A stretch of DNA of 63,391 nucleotides, the filler included. It is 13 parts of 13 records of this genome, joined end to end, with 100 filler letters (N's around TTAATTAATTAA, not from the genome) between each part and the next. Parts side by side here need not be neighbours in the genome. Positions count along the whole stretch, not along the records: positions 20,519 to 27,306 come from SRR20825014_100; positions 27,407 to 31,267 come from SRR20825014_102; positions 31,368 to 35,196 come from SRR20825014_108; 10 more parts are not named here. One strand, 5' to 3'. The stretch's first letter is position 1, and each line of letters starts with the position of its first letter. Shown one piece after another: positions 20,913 to 31,462 of the stretch. A program made the translations under genes and the position numbers. The notes under the pieces are model-generated. The model ran no database searches and was not told the origin of the DNA. It saw nothing but the letters and a program-made list of their open reading frames with translations.

Positions 20913-21269
20913 TTAGCCTTGTCCCTGAGCCGCCATCAACTGACGCAGCAGCATTTCTTCTGTCATGCTGTCTTCGTCGGGCTTGTCAGCTGTTTCCTGA
21001 CCCATCAAAAGCGCCATTGCGTCTTCTTCCGGCTCGTCGATTTCGATCTGGTTCTGGTTGCTTTCGATCATCCGCTCACGCAGGTCGTCGGCACCTTGGG
21101 TTTCCTCTGCGATCTCACGCAGCGACACGACAGGGTTCTTGTCGTTGTCACGGTCAACAGTGACAGCGGAGCCCGCCGAAATTTCACGCGCCCGGTGTGC
21201 GGCAAGCATCACCAGTTCAAAGCGGTTTGGAACCTTATCTACGCAGTCTTCGACTGTTACGCGGGCCAT
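20913..21269 (-). CDS. rpoZ: RNA polymerase omega subunit
   Basis: [30 protein letters not shown]; true start 21269. Confidence 0.96.
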   Translation of the reverse strand: MARVTVEDCVDKVPNRFELVMLAAHRAREISAGSAVTVDRDNDKNPVVSLREIAEETQGADDLRERMIESNQNQIEIDEPEEDAMALLMGQETADKPDEDSMTEEMLLRQLMAAQGQG

Positions 21270-21375
21270 TTGAGTGCTCCTGCATCGGACAATAACATCA
21301 GAAGACGTGTATTTAGGCGCTTCCGCCCCTGATGACAAGGCGAAAACAAGTGCCAAAGCGACGCAGCGCCACGTG

Positions 21376-21942
21376 CTACAATGGTACGACCTCGGCCCGC
21401 AGCGCGGGGTCCAGCGCGTCGCGCATCTGTACCACGGTCTGCCCTGTCACCGGATGCACCCAGTCGGGTTCCACATCCGCCAGCGGCACCAGCACAAAGG
21501 CGCGTTCATGCATCCGCGGATGCGGCAAGATCAGCCGGTCCGGGGTCTCTTTCATCTGCTGCGCAAGCGGCAGATCGCGCCAGCGGGTATAGGTTTCACG
21601 ATCCGGCAACACCAGATCCCCCACTGCTATCAGGTCCAGATCGACCGTGCGCTGCCCCCATCGCTGCACCCGTTCCCGCCCCAGATCGGCCTCGATCCGA
21701 TGTAGGGCTGCGATAATATCACCTGGGGCAGAATTCCACTTTAAGGAGAGTGCCGCATTGACGTAATCCGGTCCAGCTCCTGCAGGAAAGCACGGCGTTG
21801 CATAAAACGGGCTGGCTTTGCGAATCACTCCGCCCGCCAGTTCCAGCTGCGCATAGGCAGTTTTCAGCGTTTCTTCCGGCGTTCCGGCGAAAGATCGCTG
21901 ATTTGACCCCACGGCAATCAGTATATCTGACCGGAATTGCAT
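21376..21942 (-). CDS. folK: HPPK, 2-amino-4-hydroxy-6-hydroxymethyldihydropteridine diphosphokinase
   Basis: [34 protein letters not shown]; start approximate. Confidence 0.92.
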   Translation of the reverse strand: MQFRSDILIAVGSNQRSFAGTPEETLKTAYAQLELAGGVIRKASPFYATPCFPAGAGPDYVNAALSLKWNSAPGDIIAALHRIEADLGRERVQRWGQRTVDLDLIAVGDLVLPDRETYTRWRDLPLAQQMKETPDRLILPHPRMHERAFVLVPLADVEPDWVHPVTGQTVVQMRDALDPALRAEVVPL

Positions 21943-22081
21943 CAACTCAATGTCCCTTTTGACGCCCTGCATGGCTTGCAGCATAATTAAAAATACATAT
22001 TTTCGCCCGGTACGCCCTGTCTTAATTCACCAACACACTCACGGAAACAGGCAGGCCGGGCGTTTTTCGAAAGGACGTTTC

Positions 22082-22657
22082 ATGTTTTATAAGGACGAAC
22101 GGCTCGCGCTGTTCATCGACGGGTCCAATTTGTATGCCGCAGCGAAAGCATTAGGTTTCGACATCGACTACAAATTGTTACGTCAAGAGTTCATGCGTCG
22201 CGGCAAGCTCCTCCGCGCATTTTACTACACTGCGCTTCTGGAAAACGACGAGTATTCCCCAATCCGCCCTCTGGTTGACTGGCTGAACTACAATGGCTTC
22301 ACCATGGTCACCAAACCGGCCAAGGAATACACCGATTCCATGGGCCGCCGTAAGGTTAAGGGCAACATGGACATCGAATTGGCGGTCGATGCAATGGAGC
22401 TTGCTCCGCGTGTGGATCACATCGTTCTGTTTTCGGGAGACGGGGATTTTCGCCCGCTGATCGAAAGCCTGCAACGCCAGGGCGTTCGCGTCTCGGTTGT
22501 ATCCACGATCCGCAGCCAGCCCCCGATGATCTCGGACGACCTGCGCCGTCAGGCCGACAACTTTATCGAGTTGGAGGAACTGAAGGACGTGATCGGCCGT
22601 CCGCCCCGCGAAGAGGACTTTGCTCCACGCCAGAACGCGGCAGCAAACGAACGCTAA
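22082..22657 (+). CDS. NYN-domain (LabA/DUF88) protein
   Basis: FIDGSNL, KGNMDIELAVD, SGDGDF. Confidence 0.92.
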   Translation: MFYKDERLALFIDGSNLYAAAKALGFDIDYKLLRQEFMRRGKLLRAFYYTALLENDEYSPIRPLVDWLNYNGFTMVTKPAKEYTDSMGRRKVKGNMDIELAVDAMELAPRVDHIVLFSGDGDFRPLIESLQRQGVRVSVVSTIRSQPPMISDDLRRQADNFIELEELKDVIGRPPREEDFAPRQNAAANER

Positions 22658-22727
22658 GCGACGCAAAGGCGCCGCATGTTTCTGACCAACTGCGCTGCCA
22701 TCTGGCGCGTGGCTCAATGCTGAATGG

Positions 22728-22758
22728 CCGGACCTCTGATGCAAGAGGTCCGGTTTTT
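22728..22758 (+). terminator. Intrinsic terminator
   Basis: CCGGACCTCT-gatgca-AGAGGTCCGG-TTTTT. Confidence 0.8.
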
Positions 22759-22851
22759 CTTGAAATAAATTTTTTCGTCTTATGTTATCTTACACACTTT
22801 AGTGAAAACACCGCATAACACGACCCCCCGAATAGGGGGGTGCAGGGGTAG

Positions 22852-23592
22852 ATGCAGAGTAAAATAGCGGCCATCGACAAGGCCAAAGACATCCAAACAC
22901 TTTGGGCGCTGACGCTTGAAGGACTCGCTGAAAGCGGCATTGATCATGTCATTTACTTGACGGTGAACAGCGACTTCAGTGCGCCGTTCACGTTGACCAA
23001 CCGACCCGACATCTACACGACATTGCAGCCGCAGGACGATCCGTTTCTGGCGCATTGCTGTCAAAGCTACGCCATCAGCTTTACAGGTTACGAATTCCTG
23101 TCTGAACACGCTTACCTGCCCGACACAGCCAAGGATTTCATCAAAGACGCCGCCGCGCATGGATTTTTTTCGGGGCTTGGCATTCCCATGCGCCTGGAAG
23201 GATCGCAGCGCTTTGGCGGCTTCAACCTTGGCACTGGCCTGTCGCGCGCCCAGTTCGATGACCGGATCACCCCCAAAGCCGAAGCCTTGCGGTTTTTCTG
23301 CCTGATCGCGCACCGCAGGATCGAAGAGCTGGCCCGAGAACAGGACATTCAACCGGATCCAGCCTTTCGCGACCTGAAGGTCGCGCCAGGGTTCGCGGTG
23401 ACCGCAGACCTCAGCGCGCGCGAAAGTGAGCTGATCTATTTGGTCGCCAGCGGACTCAGCCGCAAGGAATGTGCCCGGATGTGCGAAATCTCGCCGCATA
23501 CGGTTTCGGACTACCTCAAGTCCGCTTATCGCAAACTGGGCGTGAAAAACCGCGCCGAAGCTGCGCAACTGATCTGGCGCAAAGGCGACTGA
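22852..23592 (+). CDS. LuxR-family regulator with autoinducer-binding-like N-domain (solo)
   Basis: DDPF and GLGIP in the N-domain; LSARE...GLSRKECA...ISPHTV...[12 protein letters not shown]. Confidence 0.85.
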   Translation: MQSKIAAIDKAKDIQTLWALTLEGLAESGIDHVIYLTVNSDFSAPFTLTNRPDIYTTLQPQDDPFLAHCCQSYAISFTGYEFLSEHAYLPDTAKDFIKDAAAHGFFSGLGIPMRLEGSQRFGGFNLGTGLSRAQFDDRITPKAEALRFFCLIAHRRIEELAREQDIQPDPAFRDLKVAPGFAVTADLSARESELIYLVASGLSRKECARMCEISPHTVSDYLKSAYRKLGVKNRAEAAQLIWRKGD

Positions 23593-23663
23593 GCCGCGCC
23601 CACAGGGTTTACGCCGCCCGCCTGACGACCTACCTGTCACATGTCACCACCCCGGAGCCTGTC

Positions 23664-24617
23664 ATGTCGTCCAAACCGCCCCTGACCCTGTATCTTGCCG
23701 CCCCGCGCGGGTTCTGCGCAGGCGTGGACCGCGCCATCAAGATTGTCGAAATGGCCCTGGAGAAGTGGGGCGCGCCCGTCTACGTGCGCCACGAAATCGT
23801 GCACAACCGCTTTGTCGTCGACGGGCTGCGCGACAAGGGGGCCGTCTTTGTCGAAGAGCTGGACGAATGCCCCGACGACCGCCCGGTGATCTTTTCCGCC
23901 CACGGCGTCCCCAAGGCGATCCCAGCCGCCGCCGAAGGCCGGCAGATGGTCTATGTGGATGCCACCTGTCCGCTGGTCAGCAAGGTCCACATCGAAGCCC
24001 AGCGCCATTCCGAGGCAGGCTTGCAGATGATCATGATCGGCCATGCCGGGCACCCCGAAACCATCGGCACCATGGGCCAATTGCCCGAGGGCGAAGTCCT
24101 GCTGGTCGAAACGCCCGATGACGTCGCGCACGTCGACGTGCGCGACCCCACGCGACTGGCCTATGTCACCCAGACAACGCTGAGCGTGGACGACACGGCC
24201 GACATCGTCGCCGCGCTCAAGGCGCGTTTTCCCGACATCGTCGGGCCGCACAAAGAAGATATCTGTTACGCCACCACCAACCGCCAGGAAGCGGTGAAGG
24301 CCATCGCGCCCAAATGCGACGCCATGCTGGTGGTCGGCGCGCCGAATTCGTCCAACTCGCGCCGTCTGGTCGAAGTGGGCGCACGTGCCGGCTGCGACTA
24401 TGCCCAACTGGTCCAGCGCGCCGCCGACATCGACTGGCGCAGCCTTGAGGGCATCACCTCGATTGGCGTCACGGCAGGGGCATCCGCCCCCGAGGTGCTG
24501 ATCAACGAAGTTATCGACGCGCTCAAAGCCCGCTTTGACGTGACAACAGAACTGGTCGAAACCGCCGTGGAACACGTCGAGTTCAAAGTCCCGCGCGTGC
24601 TGCGCGCCACCGCCTGA
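23664..24617 (+). CDS. ispH: 4-hydroxy-3-methylbut-2-enyl diphosphate reductase
   Basis: [38 protein letters not shown]. Confidence 0.96.
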   Translation: MSSKPPLTLYLAAPRGFCAGVDRAIKIVEMALEKWGAPVYVRHEIVHNRFVVDGLRDKGAVFVEELDECPDDRPVIFSAHGVPKAIPAAAEGRQMVYVDATCPLVSKVHIEAQRHSEAGLQMIMIGHAGHPETIGTMGQLPEGEVLLVETPDDVAHVDVRDPTRLAYVTQTTLSVDDTADIVAALKARFPDIVGPHKEDICYATTNRQEAVKAIAPKCDAMLVVGAPNSSNSRRLVEVGARAGCDYAQLVQRAADIDWRSLEGITSIGVTAGASAPEVLINEVIDALKARFDVTTELVETAVEHVEFKVPRVLRATA

Positions 24618-24628
24618 GGAGGTCTGCC

Positions 24629-25024
24629 ATGACAAAGACCACCGGCCTGAGCCATCTTGGCCTGACCGTACGCGATCTGGACACCACCACCGGCTTTTTT
24701 GTCAAATGCCTGGGCTGGCTGCAAACCGCCCAGGACCAGTCCTATCCGCGCACAACCGTGACCGATGGCAGCCTGCGCCTGACCCTGTGGCAGGCCGATG
24801 CAGATGCCCGCGACTTTGACCGACGCACGCAGATCGGCCTGCATCATCTGGCGCTGTCCGTGCAGGATCAGGCACACCTGCTGGACACTGCTGAACTGGT
24901 CGCGGGCTGGCCCGGTGTGCGTGTCGAATTCATGCCCGAACAGATGGGCGACGGCCCACGCCAGCACATGATGTTCACCGAACCGGGTGGTCTGCGCATG
25001 GAACTGGTCTGGGACGGCCACTAA
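24629..25024 (+). CDS. VOC/glyoxalase family protein
   Basis: SHLGLTVRDL, GLHHLAL, EPGGLRMEL. Confidence 0.85.
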   Translation: MTKTTGLSHLGLTVRDLDTTTGFFVKCLGWLQTAQDQSYPRTTVTDGSLRLTLWQADADARDFDRRTQIGLHHLALSVQDQAHLLDTAELVAGWPGVRVEFMPEQMGDGPRQHMMFTEPGGLRMELVWDGH

Positions 25025-25043
25025 GACGACCACCTGACAGGAC

Positions 25044-25505
25044 ATGCCCACCATGAACACGATCCCCCGCGCACCTCTGGCCCTTGGCCTTCTGGGCCTG
25101 CTGCCCTTTGTCTGGGGCGCCGCCACGGTTCTTAGCCCCGATTTGGCCGACTGGTGCATCCGCACGTTGGGCGCGCGCTTTGTCGGCCCTTATGTGCAGC
25201 TGTTTTACGGTGCGGTGATCCTGTCGTTCATGTCCGGCGTGCTGTGGGGTTTTGCAACCAAGACCCAAGGGGCGCAGGCCGCCACCGGCTATGCGCTGTC
25301 GGTGATCCCGGCCCTCTGGGCTTTTGTCATGACCGGCAACGGACCCGAAGCCGCCGGGCTTAACCTGATGGTGGGCTTTGCGGGCCTGTTGCTGCTCGAC
25401 TTTGCCTTCTGGCGCTGGGGCCTCGCGCCGGTCTGGTGGATGCACCTGCGGGTACTGCTGACCGCTATCGTACTGATCTGTCTGGCCATCGGGATCTTTG
25501 CATGA
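25044..25505 (+). CDS. DUF3429-type membrane protein
   Basis: LGLLPF, YGAVILSFMSGVLWG, WWMHLR. Confidence 0.8.
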   Translation: MPTMNTIPRAPLALGLLGLLPFVWGAATVLSPDLADWCIRTLGARFVGPYVQLFYGAVILSFMSGVLWGFATKTQGAQAATGYALSVIPALWAFVMTGNGPEAAGLNLMVGFAGLLLLDFAFWRWGLAPVWWMHLRVLLTAIVLICLAIGIFA

Positions 25506-26077
25506 GCGACAAGGCCACATTGGATGTCTATGCGGCCAAGGCCGCCGACTATGCCACCATGACCAATTACGAAGACCCGCAGCTCGGCGACTTCATGGAC
25601 ACCCTTCGCACGGGCCGCGTGCTGGATCTGGGTTGTGGACCGGGTCGTGCCGCGGGGCGCATGGCGGACGCGGGCTTTGACGTGACGGCCATGGATGCCG
25701 TGCCAGAAATGGTGGCGATGGCCGCCCGCCACCCCGGCGTGACCGCCCAGCTTGGCACCTTCGACGACATCAGTGGCTGCTTTGACGGCATCTGGGCCAA
25801 CTTCAGCCTGCTGCACGCACCGCGCAGCGACATGCCGCGCCATCTGGCGGCAATCAAATCCGCCCTGCGCGCGGGCGGCCTGTTTCACATCGGGATGAAG
25901 CTGGGCACCGGATCGGCCCGCGACAGCATCGGCAGGCTCTACACCTACTATTCCGAAGACGAATTGGCCGGCCTGCTGAGCGACGCAGGCTTTACCATCG
26001 ACGCCCGCGCATATGGGCGCGACAAGGGGCTGGACGGCACCTATGCAGACTGGCTATGTCTGCGCGCTCATGGCTGA
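25502..26077 (+). CDS. Class I SAM-dependent methyltransferase
   Basis: [25 protein letters not shown] overlap with the previous stop. Confidence 0.88.
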   Translation: MSDKATLDVYAAKAADYATMTNYEDPQLGDFMDTLRTGRVLDLGCGPGRAAGRMADAGFDVTAMDAVPEMVAMAARHPGVTAQLGTFDDISGCFDGIWANFSLLHAPRSDMPRHLAAIKSALRAGGLFHIGMKLGTGSARDSIGRLYTYYSEDELAGLLSDAGFTIDARAYGRDKGLDGTYADWLCLRAHG

Positions 26078-26531
26078 TTTATTTGCATATACCGATGGCG
26101 CGTGCAGCGGCAATCCCGGCCCGGGCGGCTGGGGTGCCTTGATGCTCGCAATGGACAATGGCGCGGTCGTCAAACAGCGCGAGTTGAAAGGCGGCGAAGC
26201 GGCCACCACCAACAACCGCATGGAACTGCTGGCCGCGATCAACGCGCTCGAGGCGCTGGAGCGGCCCAGCAAGATCACCGTGGTGACCGACAGCAACTAT
26301 GTCAAAAACGGCATCACCGCGTGGATCTTCGGCTGGAAGAAAAACGGCTGGAAAAACGCGGCAAAGAAACCCGTGGCCAACGCCGAGCTGTGGCAGCGGC
26401 TGGATCAGGCGCAAGCCCGCCACACCGTGACCTGGAAATGGGTCAAGGGCCACGCAGGCCACCCCGAAAACGAACGCGCCGATGCGCTGGCGCGCGCAGG
26501 GATGGCCCCCTTCAAGACCAAGTCGAAATGA
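26070..26531 (+). CDS. rnhA: Ribonuclease HI
   Basis: [42 protein letters not shown]. Confidence 0.96.
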   Translation: MADLFAYTDGACSGNPGPGGWGALMLAMDNGAVVKQRELKGGEAATTNNRMELLAAINALEALERPSKITVVTDSNYVKNGITAWIFGWKKNGWKNAAKKPVANAELWQRLDQAQARHTVTWKWVKGHAGHPENERADALARAGMAPFKTKSK

Positions 26532-26917
26532 GACTGGTCGCCTGCCCCGTCGCCCTGCACCCCGACGGAGCACCCCGTCGCCTGGCCATCGCAACCCATC
26601 CGCAGCCTGCACTGGTCCACGCCGACATCGCCCCCGACGCCCGCCCCGAAAACACCGCCGCACAGGCGCTTTATGCCATCGGCGGGCTGGAAACACGCGC
26701 CGCGCTGCTGCTGGGCACCTCTGACGACATCATCGCGGGCGAACGCTGGCATTTCGCCCTGTGCCGCACGGTGCCACCCGTGCGCACCCAATGGCAGAAC
26801 GCTGGCCCCGACGGCACCCTGCAACGCTTTGGCTGGCTGGCGCTGGACGACACATTGTCCGACGGCCTGACCGCGCGCCACAGCCGCGCCATCGACTGGA
26901 TCAAGGCCGCGCTATGA
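26528..26917 (+). CDS. Hypothetical protein, possibly a degenerate Nudix fold
   Basis: ATGA overlaps at both ends; [10 protein letters not shown]..., [14 protein letters not shown] at the Nudix-box position without the glutamates. Confidence 0.55.
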   Translation: MRLVACPVALHPDGAPRRLAIATHPQPALVHADIAPDARPENTAAQALYAIGGLETRAALLLGTSDDIIAGERWHFALCRTVPPVRTQWQNAGPDGTLQRFGWLALDDTLSDGLTARHSRAIDWIKAAL

Positions 26918-27306
26918 GCTGGCTGGCCCTTCTCGACTTCGGCTCGGTCATGATCTTTGCCCTGACCGGCGCGCTGGTCGCCAGCCGCGCCCAGATGGAC
27001 CCCGTGGGGTTCCTGTTCATCGCCTGCCTGACCGCCATGGGCGGCGGCACCCTGCGCGACGTTCTGCTGGACCGCAATCCCGTGTTCTGGATCGCCCAGC
27101 CGACCTATATCGCCGTCGCCTGTGCGGCGGCCATCGTGGTGTTCTTCACCGCGCACCTGCTGGAAAGCCGTCTGCGCACGTTGGTGTGGCTGGACAGTCT
27201 CGCGCTGGCCATCGCGGTCCCTGCGGGCGCGGGCGTGGCGCTGGACCTTGGCGCACCCGCCCCGATCATCATCCTGATGGGCATGATCACCGGCTGCATG
27301 GGCGGG
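26914..27306 (+). CDS. Trimeric intracellular cation channel / UPF0126 protein, 3'-truncated
   Basis: FALTGAL, TAMGGGTLRDVLL, ITGCMGG repeats. Confidence 0.88.
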
Positions 27307-27406
27307 NNNNNNNNNNNNNNNNNNNNNNNNNNNNNNNNNNNNNNNNNNNNTTAATTAATTAANNNNNNNNNNNNNNNNNNNNNNNNNNNNNNNNNNNNNN
27401 NNNNNN

Positions 27407-27955
27407 GACTTTGGCGAGGAATTTGTTGTGGCTGAGCCCGATGGACCCGGTCAGCCCCAATTCCGTGTGCATGCGTTTGACCAGCCGCGCCAACATCACC
27501 GCAGGCGGGCGACCATGCAGCCGCGCTGTGCCGCGCAGGTCCATAAACGCCTCATCCAAAGAGAGCGGTTCCACATCCGGGGTGAGTGCATTCATCATGT
27601 CACGGATGGCGCGAGAGGCCTCGGCATAGGCCGCCATGCGAGGTTTGACCACCACCGCTTCGGGGCACAGGGCGAGGGCTTTGAACATCGGCATGGCCGA
27701 GCGCACACCTTTGATCCGGGCGATGTAACAGGCGGTGGAAACAACGCCGCGTGTGCCGCCGCCGATGATCACCGGTTTGTCGCGCAGATCGGGATTGTCG
27801 CGTTTCTCCACAGAGGCATAGAACGCATCGCAATCCATATGTGCGATGGCCAGATCATACAGCTCAGGATGCGCAATCACCTTCGGCCGCCCACAGGAGG
27901 GGCAGCGGGCACCAGTTTCAAACATTGTAAGGCAATCACGGCAAAGCGCGGGCAT
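27407..27955 (-). CDS. dinB: DNA polymerase IV, 3'-truncated
   Basis: N-terminal Zn ribbon, [24 protein letters not shown]. Confidence 0.94.
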
Positions 27956-28048
27956 ATGGGTGTTCCTTGACCTCCCGCCAGTCTATACCCAACTCAAGGG
28001 AGGGGCTATCCTTCGCCTCGTATATCCGTGTTCATCGGGGGAGTTTTC

Positions 28049-28942
28049 ATGAACCAGTTCGATCCGTACCAGTTTCTCAGCGGCGGCAATATTGTCACCT
28101 TGGCCTTGGCGCTTTTCATTGTTTTACTTGTTCTCAAAGGCGTGCGGATTGTCCCGCAGTCTGAGAAGTTTGTGGTCGAACGATTCGGTCGTTTGCGCAC
28201 CGTGCTTGGCCCGGGGATCAACTTTGTCATCCCGTTGATTGACATTGTGGCCCATAAAATTTCCATTCTTGAACGCCAACTTCCCAATGCGATGCAGGAC
28301 GCGATCACCTCGGACAACGTGTTGGTCAAGGTCGAAACCTCGGTGTTTTACCGCATCACCGAACCTGAGCGGACCGTGTACCGGATTCGCGATGTCGACG
28401 CCGCTATTGCCACGACCGTGGCCGGGATCGTGCGCTCAGAGATCGGGAAAATGGAATTGGATGAGGTTCAATCAAACCGATCCTCATTGATCACCACGAT
28501 CAAAGCTTCGGTAGAAGAGGCGGTGAATGATTGGGGCATCGAGGTGACGCGGGCCGAAATCCTTGACGTGAACTTGGATGAGGCCACCCGCGCCGCGATG
28601 ATGCAACAGCTCAACGCCGAGCGCGCCCGCCGTGCGACGGTGATGGAAGCCGAAGGTCAAAAACGCTCTGTCGAACTGGCCGCCGATGCGGCGCTCTATT
28701 CCGCCGAGCAAACTGCCAAAGCCCGCCGGGTTCAGGCCGATGCCGAAGCCTATGCCACGGGTGTTGTCGCCGAAGCGATTGCCAAGAACGGTCTGGAGGC
28801 CGCGCAATATCAAGTGGCTTTGAAACAGGTCGAAGCGCTGGTTTCCTTGGGCGAAGGCTCGGGCAAACAAACCATCGTGGTTCCGGCGGCGGCTTTGGAG
28901 GCCTTTGGCGACGCGTTCAAACTGTTCAAAGGCAAAGCGTGA
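28049..28942 (+). CDS. SPFH/stomatin-like (paraslipin) protein
   Basis: IVPQ..VVERFGR, WGIEVTRAEI, AERARRA. Confidence 0.92.
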   Translation: MNQFDPYQFLSGGNIVTLALALFIVLLVLKGVRIVPQSEKFVVERFGRLRTVLGPGINFVIPLIDIVAHKISILERQLPNAMQDAITSDNVLVKVETSVFYRITEPERTVYRIRDVDAAIATTVAGIVRSEIGKMELDEVQSNRSSLITTIKASVEEAVNDWGIEVTRAEILDVNLDEATRAAMMQQLNAERARRATVMEAEGQKRSVELAADAALYSAEQTAKARRVQADAEAYATGVVAEAIAKNGLEAAQYQVALKQVEALVSLGEGSGKQTIVVPAAALEAFGDAFKLFKGKA

Positions 28943-29229
28943 TGGAACAGGTCATTCTGTTTTTGGAATGGTGGGCCTGGGGCTTGGCCGCGATCATCCT
29001 GTTTGCGCTTGAGGTCATGGTTGCGGGCTTTGTGTTTTTAGGCTTTGCCGTTGGCGCGGCGATTGTGGCGCTGTTGCTGTTTCTGGGCTGGTTCGGATCG
29101 AACCTTGCCGTCTTGGTGCTGATCTTTGCAGTGGTGTCGCTTTTGGCCTGGTTTGCCATGCGTCAAGTATTTGGCATTCGCAAAGGTCAGGTCAAAGTCT
29201 GGGACAAAGACATCAATGACGACGTCTGA
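28942..29229 (+). CDS. NfeD-like small membrane protein
   Basis: WWAW...LE hydrophobic protein coupled to the SPFH gene. Confidence 0.8.
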   Translation: MEQVILFLEWWAWGLAAIILFALEVMVAGFVFLGFAVGAAIVALLLFLGWFGSNLAVLVLIFAVVSLLAWFAMRQVFGIRKGQVKVWDKDINDDV

Positions 29230-29653
29230 CGTCGTGCGGCCCTTTGACGGGGCGAAAATCGCGATTCTGCGTGGGGATGATGTCCTGACGCTGTTGCGCG
29301 ATGATCGTCCCGACATTGCCTATCCCAATCAATGGGACCTTCCGGGCGGCGGACGCGAAGGGGCGGAGTCGCCTTTTGCGACAGCCGCCCGAGAGCTGTT
29401 TGAGGAACTTTCGATCAAAGTCGATCCGTCCCGCGTGATCTATCATGTCGAAGAGAACGGTCACTCCAACCCGGCGACAAAGGTGCATTTTTTTGTCGCC
29501 CGGTGGGAGGCGCTTTTGGACACAGATGTGCGTTTGGGGGATGAAGGGCAGTGTTGGACGTGGATGCCCGCACGCGATTTCACCACCCGCTCTGACGCTG
29601 TGATCTCTTTGCGTCACAGATTGACCCGGGCGCTTGATGCGCTCGGGCTTTGA
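29216..29653 (+). CDS. Nudix hydrolase
   Basis: WDLPGGGREGAESPFATAARELFEEL Nudix box. Confidence 0.9.
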   Translation: MTTSDVVRPFDGAKIAILRGDDVLTLLRDDRPDIAYPNQWDLPGGGREGAESPFATAARELFEELSIKVDPSRVIYHVEENGHSNPATKVHFFVARWEALLDTDVRLGDEGQCWTWMPARDFTTRSDAVISLRHRLTRALDALGL

Positions 29654-29667
29654 TCTTTACAGTGCGC

Positions 29668-30381
29668 TCACTGGTTCCAAGTGGGGGCGTTGGCAATTTC
29701 GTGTTGAATGCGCAGCGCCGCTTCGCGCGGATCGGCATCTTGCCAAACCGGACGCCCGACCACGATATGATCGACGCCATCGCGAATGGCCTGCGCCGGG
29801 GTGGCCACACGTTTTTGATCACCAAGCGCGGCCCCCATCGGGCGCACGCCGGGGGTGACGATCAGTTTGCCTTCTGCTTCGGGCAGGGCGCGGATCAGAG
29901 CGGCCTCTTGCGGTGAGGCAATCACGCCATCGGCGCCGGCAAGAAAAGCGTTGCCCGCACGCTCTTGGACAAGATCGCGGATCTCACCGGGCTTGATCAA
30001 CGCACTGTCCAAATCTGCCCGATCCAAAGAGGTCAGCACTGTCACGGCGAGGATTTTCATGTCCGACCCGGACGCGCCCTCTTTGGCGGCTTTGACCACA
30101 TAAGGGTCGCCGTGGACGGTGAGAAAATCCATGTCGTGCTGCGCCACGCCTCGCACCGCGTTTTCAACAGTCGCGCCGATGTCGAAGAATTTCATGTCCA
30201 AAAAGATGCGTTTGCCACGCTCTTGTTTGAGCTCATTGGCCAGGGCAAAGCCGCCACTCGTCAACATGCCAAGACCGATTTTGTAAAACGATACGGCATC
30301 GCCGATCTTGTCGGCCAAGGCGAGGCCTTGCACGACATTTGGGACATCAAGGGCAACGATCAGGCGGTCATCAGCGGTCAT
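29668..30381 (-). CDS. pyrF: Orotidine-5'-phosphate decarboxylase
   Basis: LIVALD, FLDMKFFDIGATV, VTVLTS, VTPGVR, VVGRP; start 30381. Confidence 0.95.
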   Translation of the reverse strand: MTADDRLIVALDVPNVVQGLALADKIGDAVSFYKIGLGMLTSGGFALANELKQERGKRIFLDMKFFDIGATVENAVRGVAQHDMDFLTVHGDPYVVKAAKEGASGSDMKILAVTVLTSLDRADLDSALIKPGEIRDLVQERAGNAFLAGADGVIASPQEAALIRALPEAEGKLIVTPGVRPMGAALGDQKRVATPAQAIRDGVDHIVVGRPVWQDADPREAALRIQHEIANAPTWNQ

Positions 30382-30513
30382 GGAAGCATCCTCTTTCACA
30401 GGTTTCCCCTTCCTGCGCAGAACGCCCGTGTGGGTCAAGAGCCGGATGTGCCGAATGCGGTTTAGGGGCGGCGAGGTGGGGTGTGAAAATGTTTCAATTT
30501 GGCAACAGTCCCT

Positions 30514-30542
30514 CTTGCGGAGCCTGCAATCTGACCCCATCT
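30514..30542 (+). promoter_or_regulatory. RpoH (sigma-32)-type promoter of clpB
   Basis: CTTG-N17-CCCCATCT upstream of a heat-shock gene. Confidence 0.7.
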
Positions 30543-30619
30543 AAAGGTCAAGGTCCCACCCAAAGATGTGCCGTATTCGGGCATCGCGATTGAGGGGCGC
30601 TTACTGAAGGAGAGACAGT

Positions 30620-31267
30620 ATGAACATGGAGAAATTCACCGAACGTGCCCGCGGGTTTATCCAAGCGGCACAGACCATTGCGATGCGCGAAAACCACCAA
30701 CGTTTGGTGCCGGAGCATCTTTTGAAAGCCCTTATGGATGACGAAGAGGGCTTTGCCACCAACCTCATTTCAAATGCCGGCGGTGACCCGAAACTGGTCC
30801 TGTCTGCTGTCGACGCAGCCGTGGCCAAAAACGCCAAGGTCACCGGCGACGCGGGTCAGATTTATTTGGACCGCAGCATCGCAGAAGTCCTTGATGAGGC
30901 CGAGAAGCTTGCGAAAAAGGCAGGCGATAGTTTTGTGCCCGTCGAGCGGCTTTTGACTGCGCTCGCGATTGTCAAATCCAAAGCCAAGGATGCTTTGGAA
31001 GCTGGCGGCATTGACGCCAAGAAACTGAACGCCGCGATCAATGACATCCGCAAAGGCCGCACGGCGGACAGTGCCTCGGCCGAAGAGGGCTATGACGCTC
31101 TGAACAAATATGCCCGTGATCTCACCGAAGCGGCGCGTGAAGGCAAGATTGACCCAATCATCGGTCGCGACGAAGAAATTCGCCGCTCTATGCAGGTGTT
31201 GTCTCGCCGGACCAAAAACAACCCGGTTTTGATCGGGGAGCCGGGCGTGGGTAAAACCGCGATTGCC
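30620..31267 (+). CDS. clpB: ATP-dependent chaperone ClpB, 3'-truncated
   Basis: Clp_N repeats, [27 protein letters not shown]. Confidence 0.95.
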
Positions 31268-31368
31268 NNNNNNNNNNNNNNNNNNNNNNNNNNNNNNNNN
31301 NNNNNNNNNNNTTAATTAATTAANNNNNNNNNNNNNNNNNNNNNNNNNNNNNNNNNNNNNNNNNNNNC

Positions 31369-31436
31369 AATTTGGAAATTTGAAAATGTAAAATAAGAGA
31401 TAATAATCTTGGACTCCTGACTTCTGACCTTTTTCT
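31369..31436. repeat. Direct repeat copy 1 (partner at 33378-33452), cut by contig start
   Basis: Identical 22-mer AAATTTGAAAATGTAAAATAAG at 31376 and 33385, then AATCTT, heptamer units and GACCTTTT. Confidence 0.85.
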
Positions 31437-31462
31437 TTTAACAATGTTAGCGGTAGTTACAT

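Noticed and set aside
22082-22657. NYN nuclease as a defence or toxin gene
   Set aside because: LabA-type NYN next to folK-rpoZ-spoT is conserved alphaproteobacterial housekeeping synteny.
20519-31267. Many overlapping alternative-frame ORFs here and in other GC-rich contigs
   Set aside because: They overlap well-supported genes and have the Arg/Pro/Ala-rich composition of non-coding frames.
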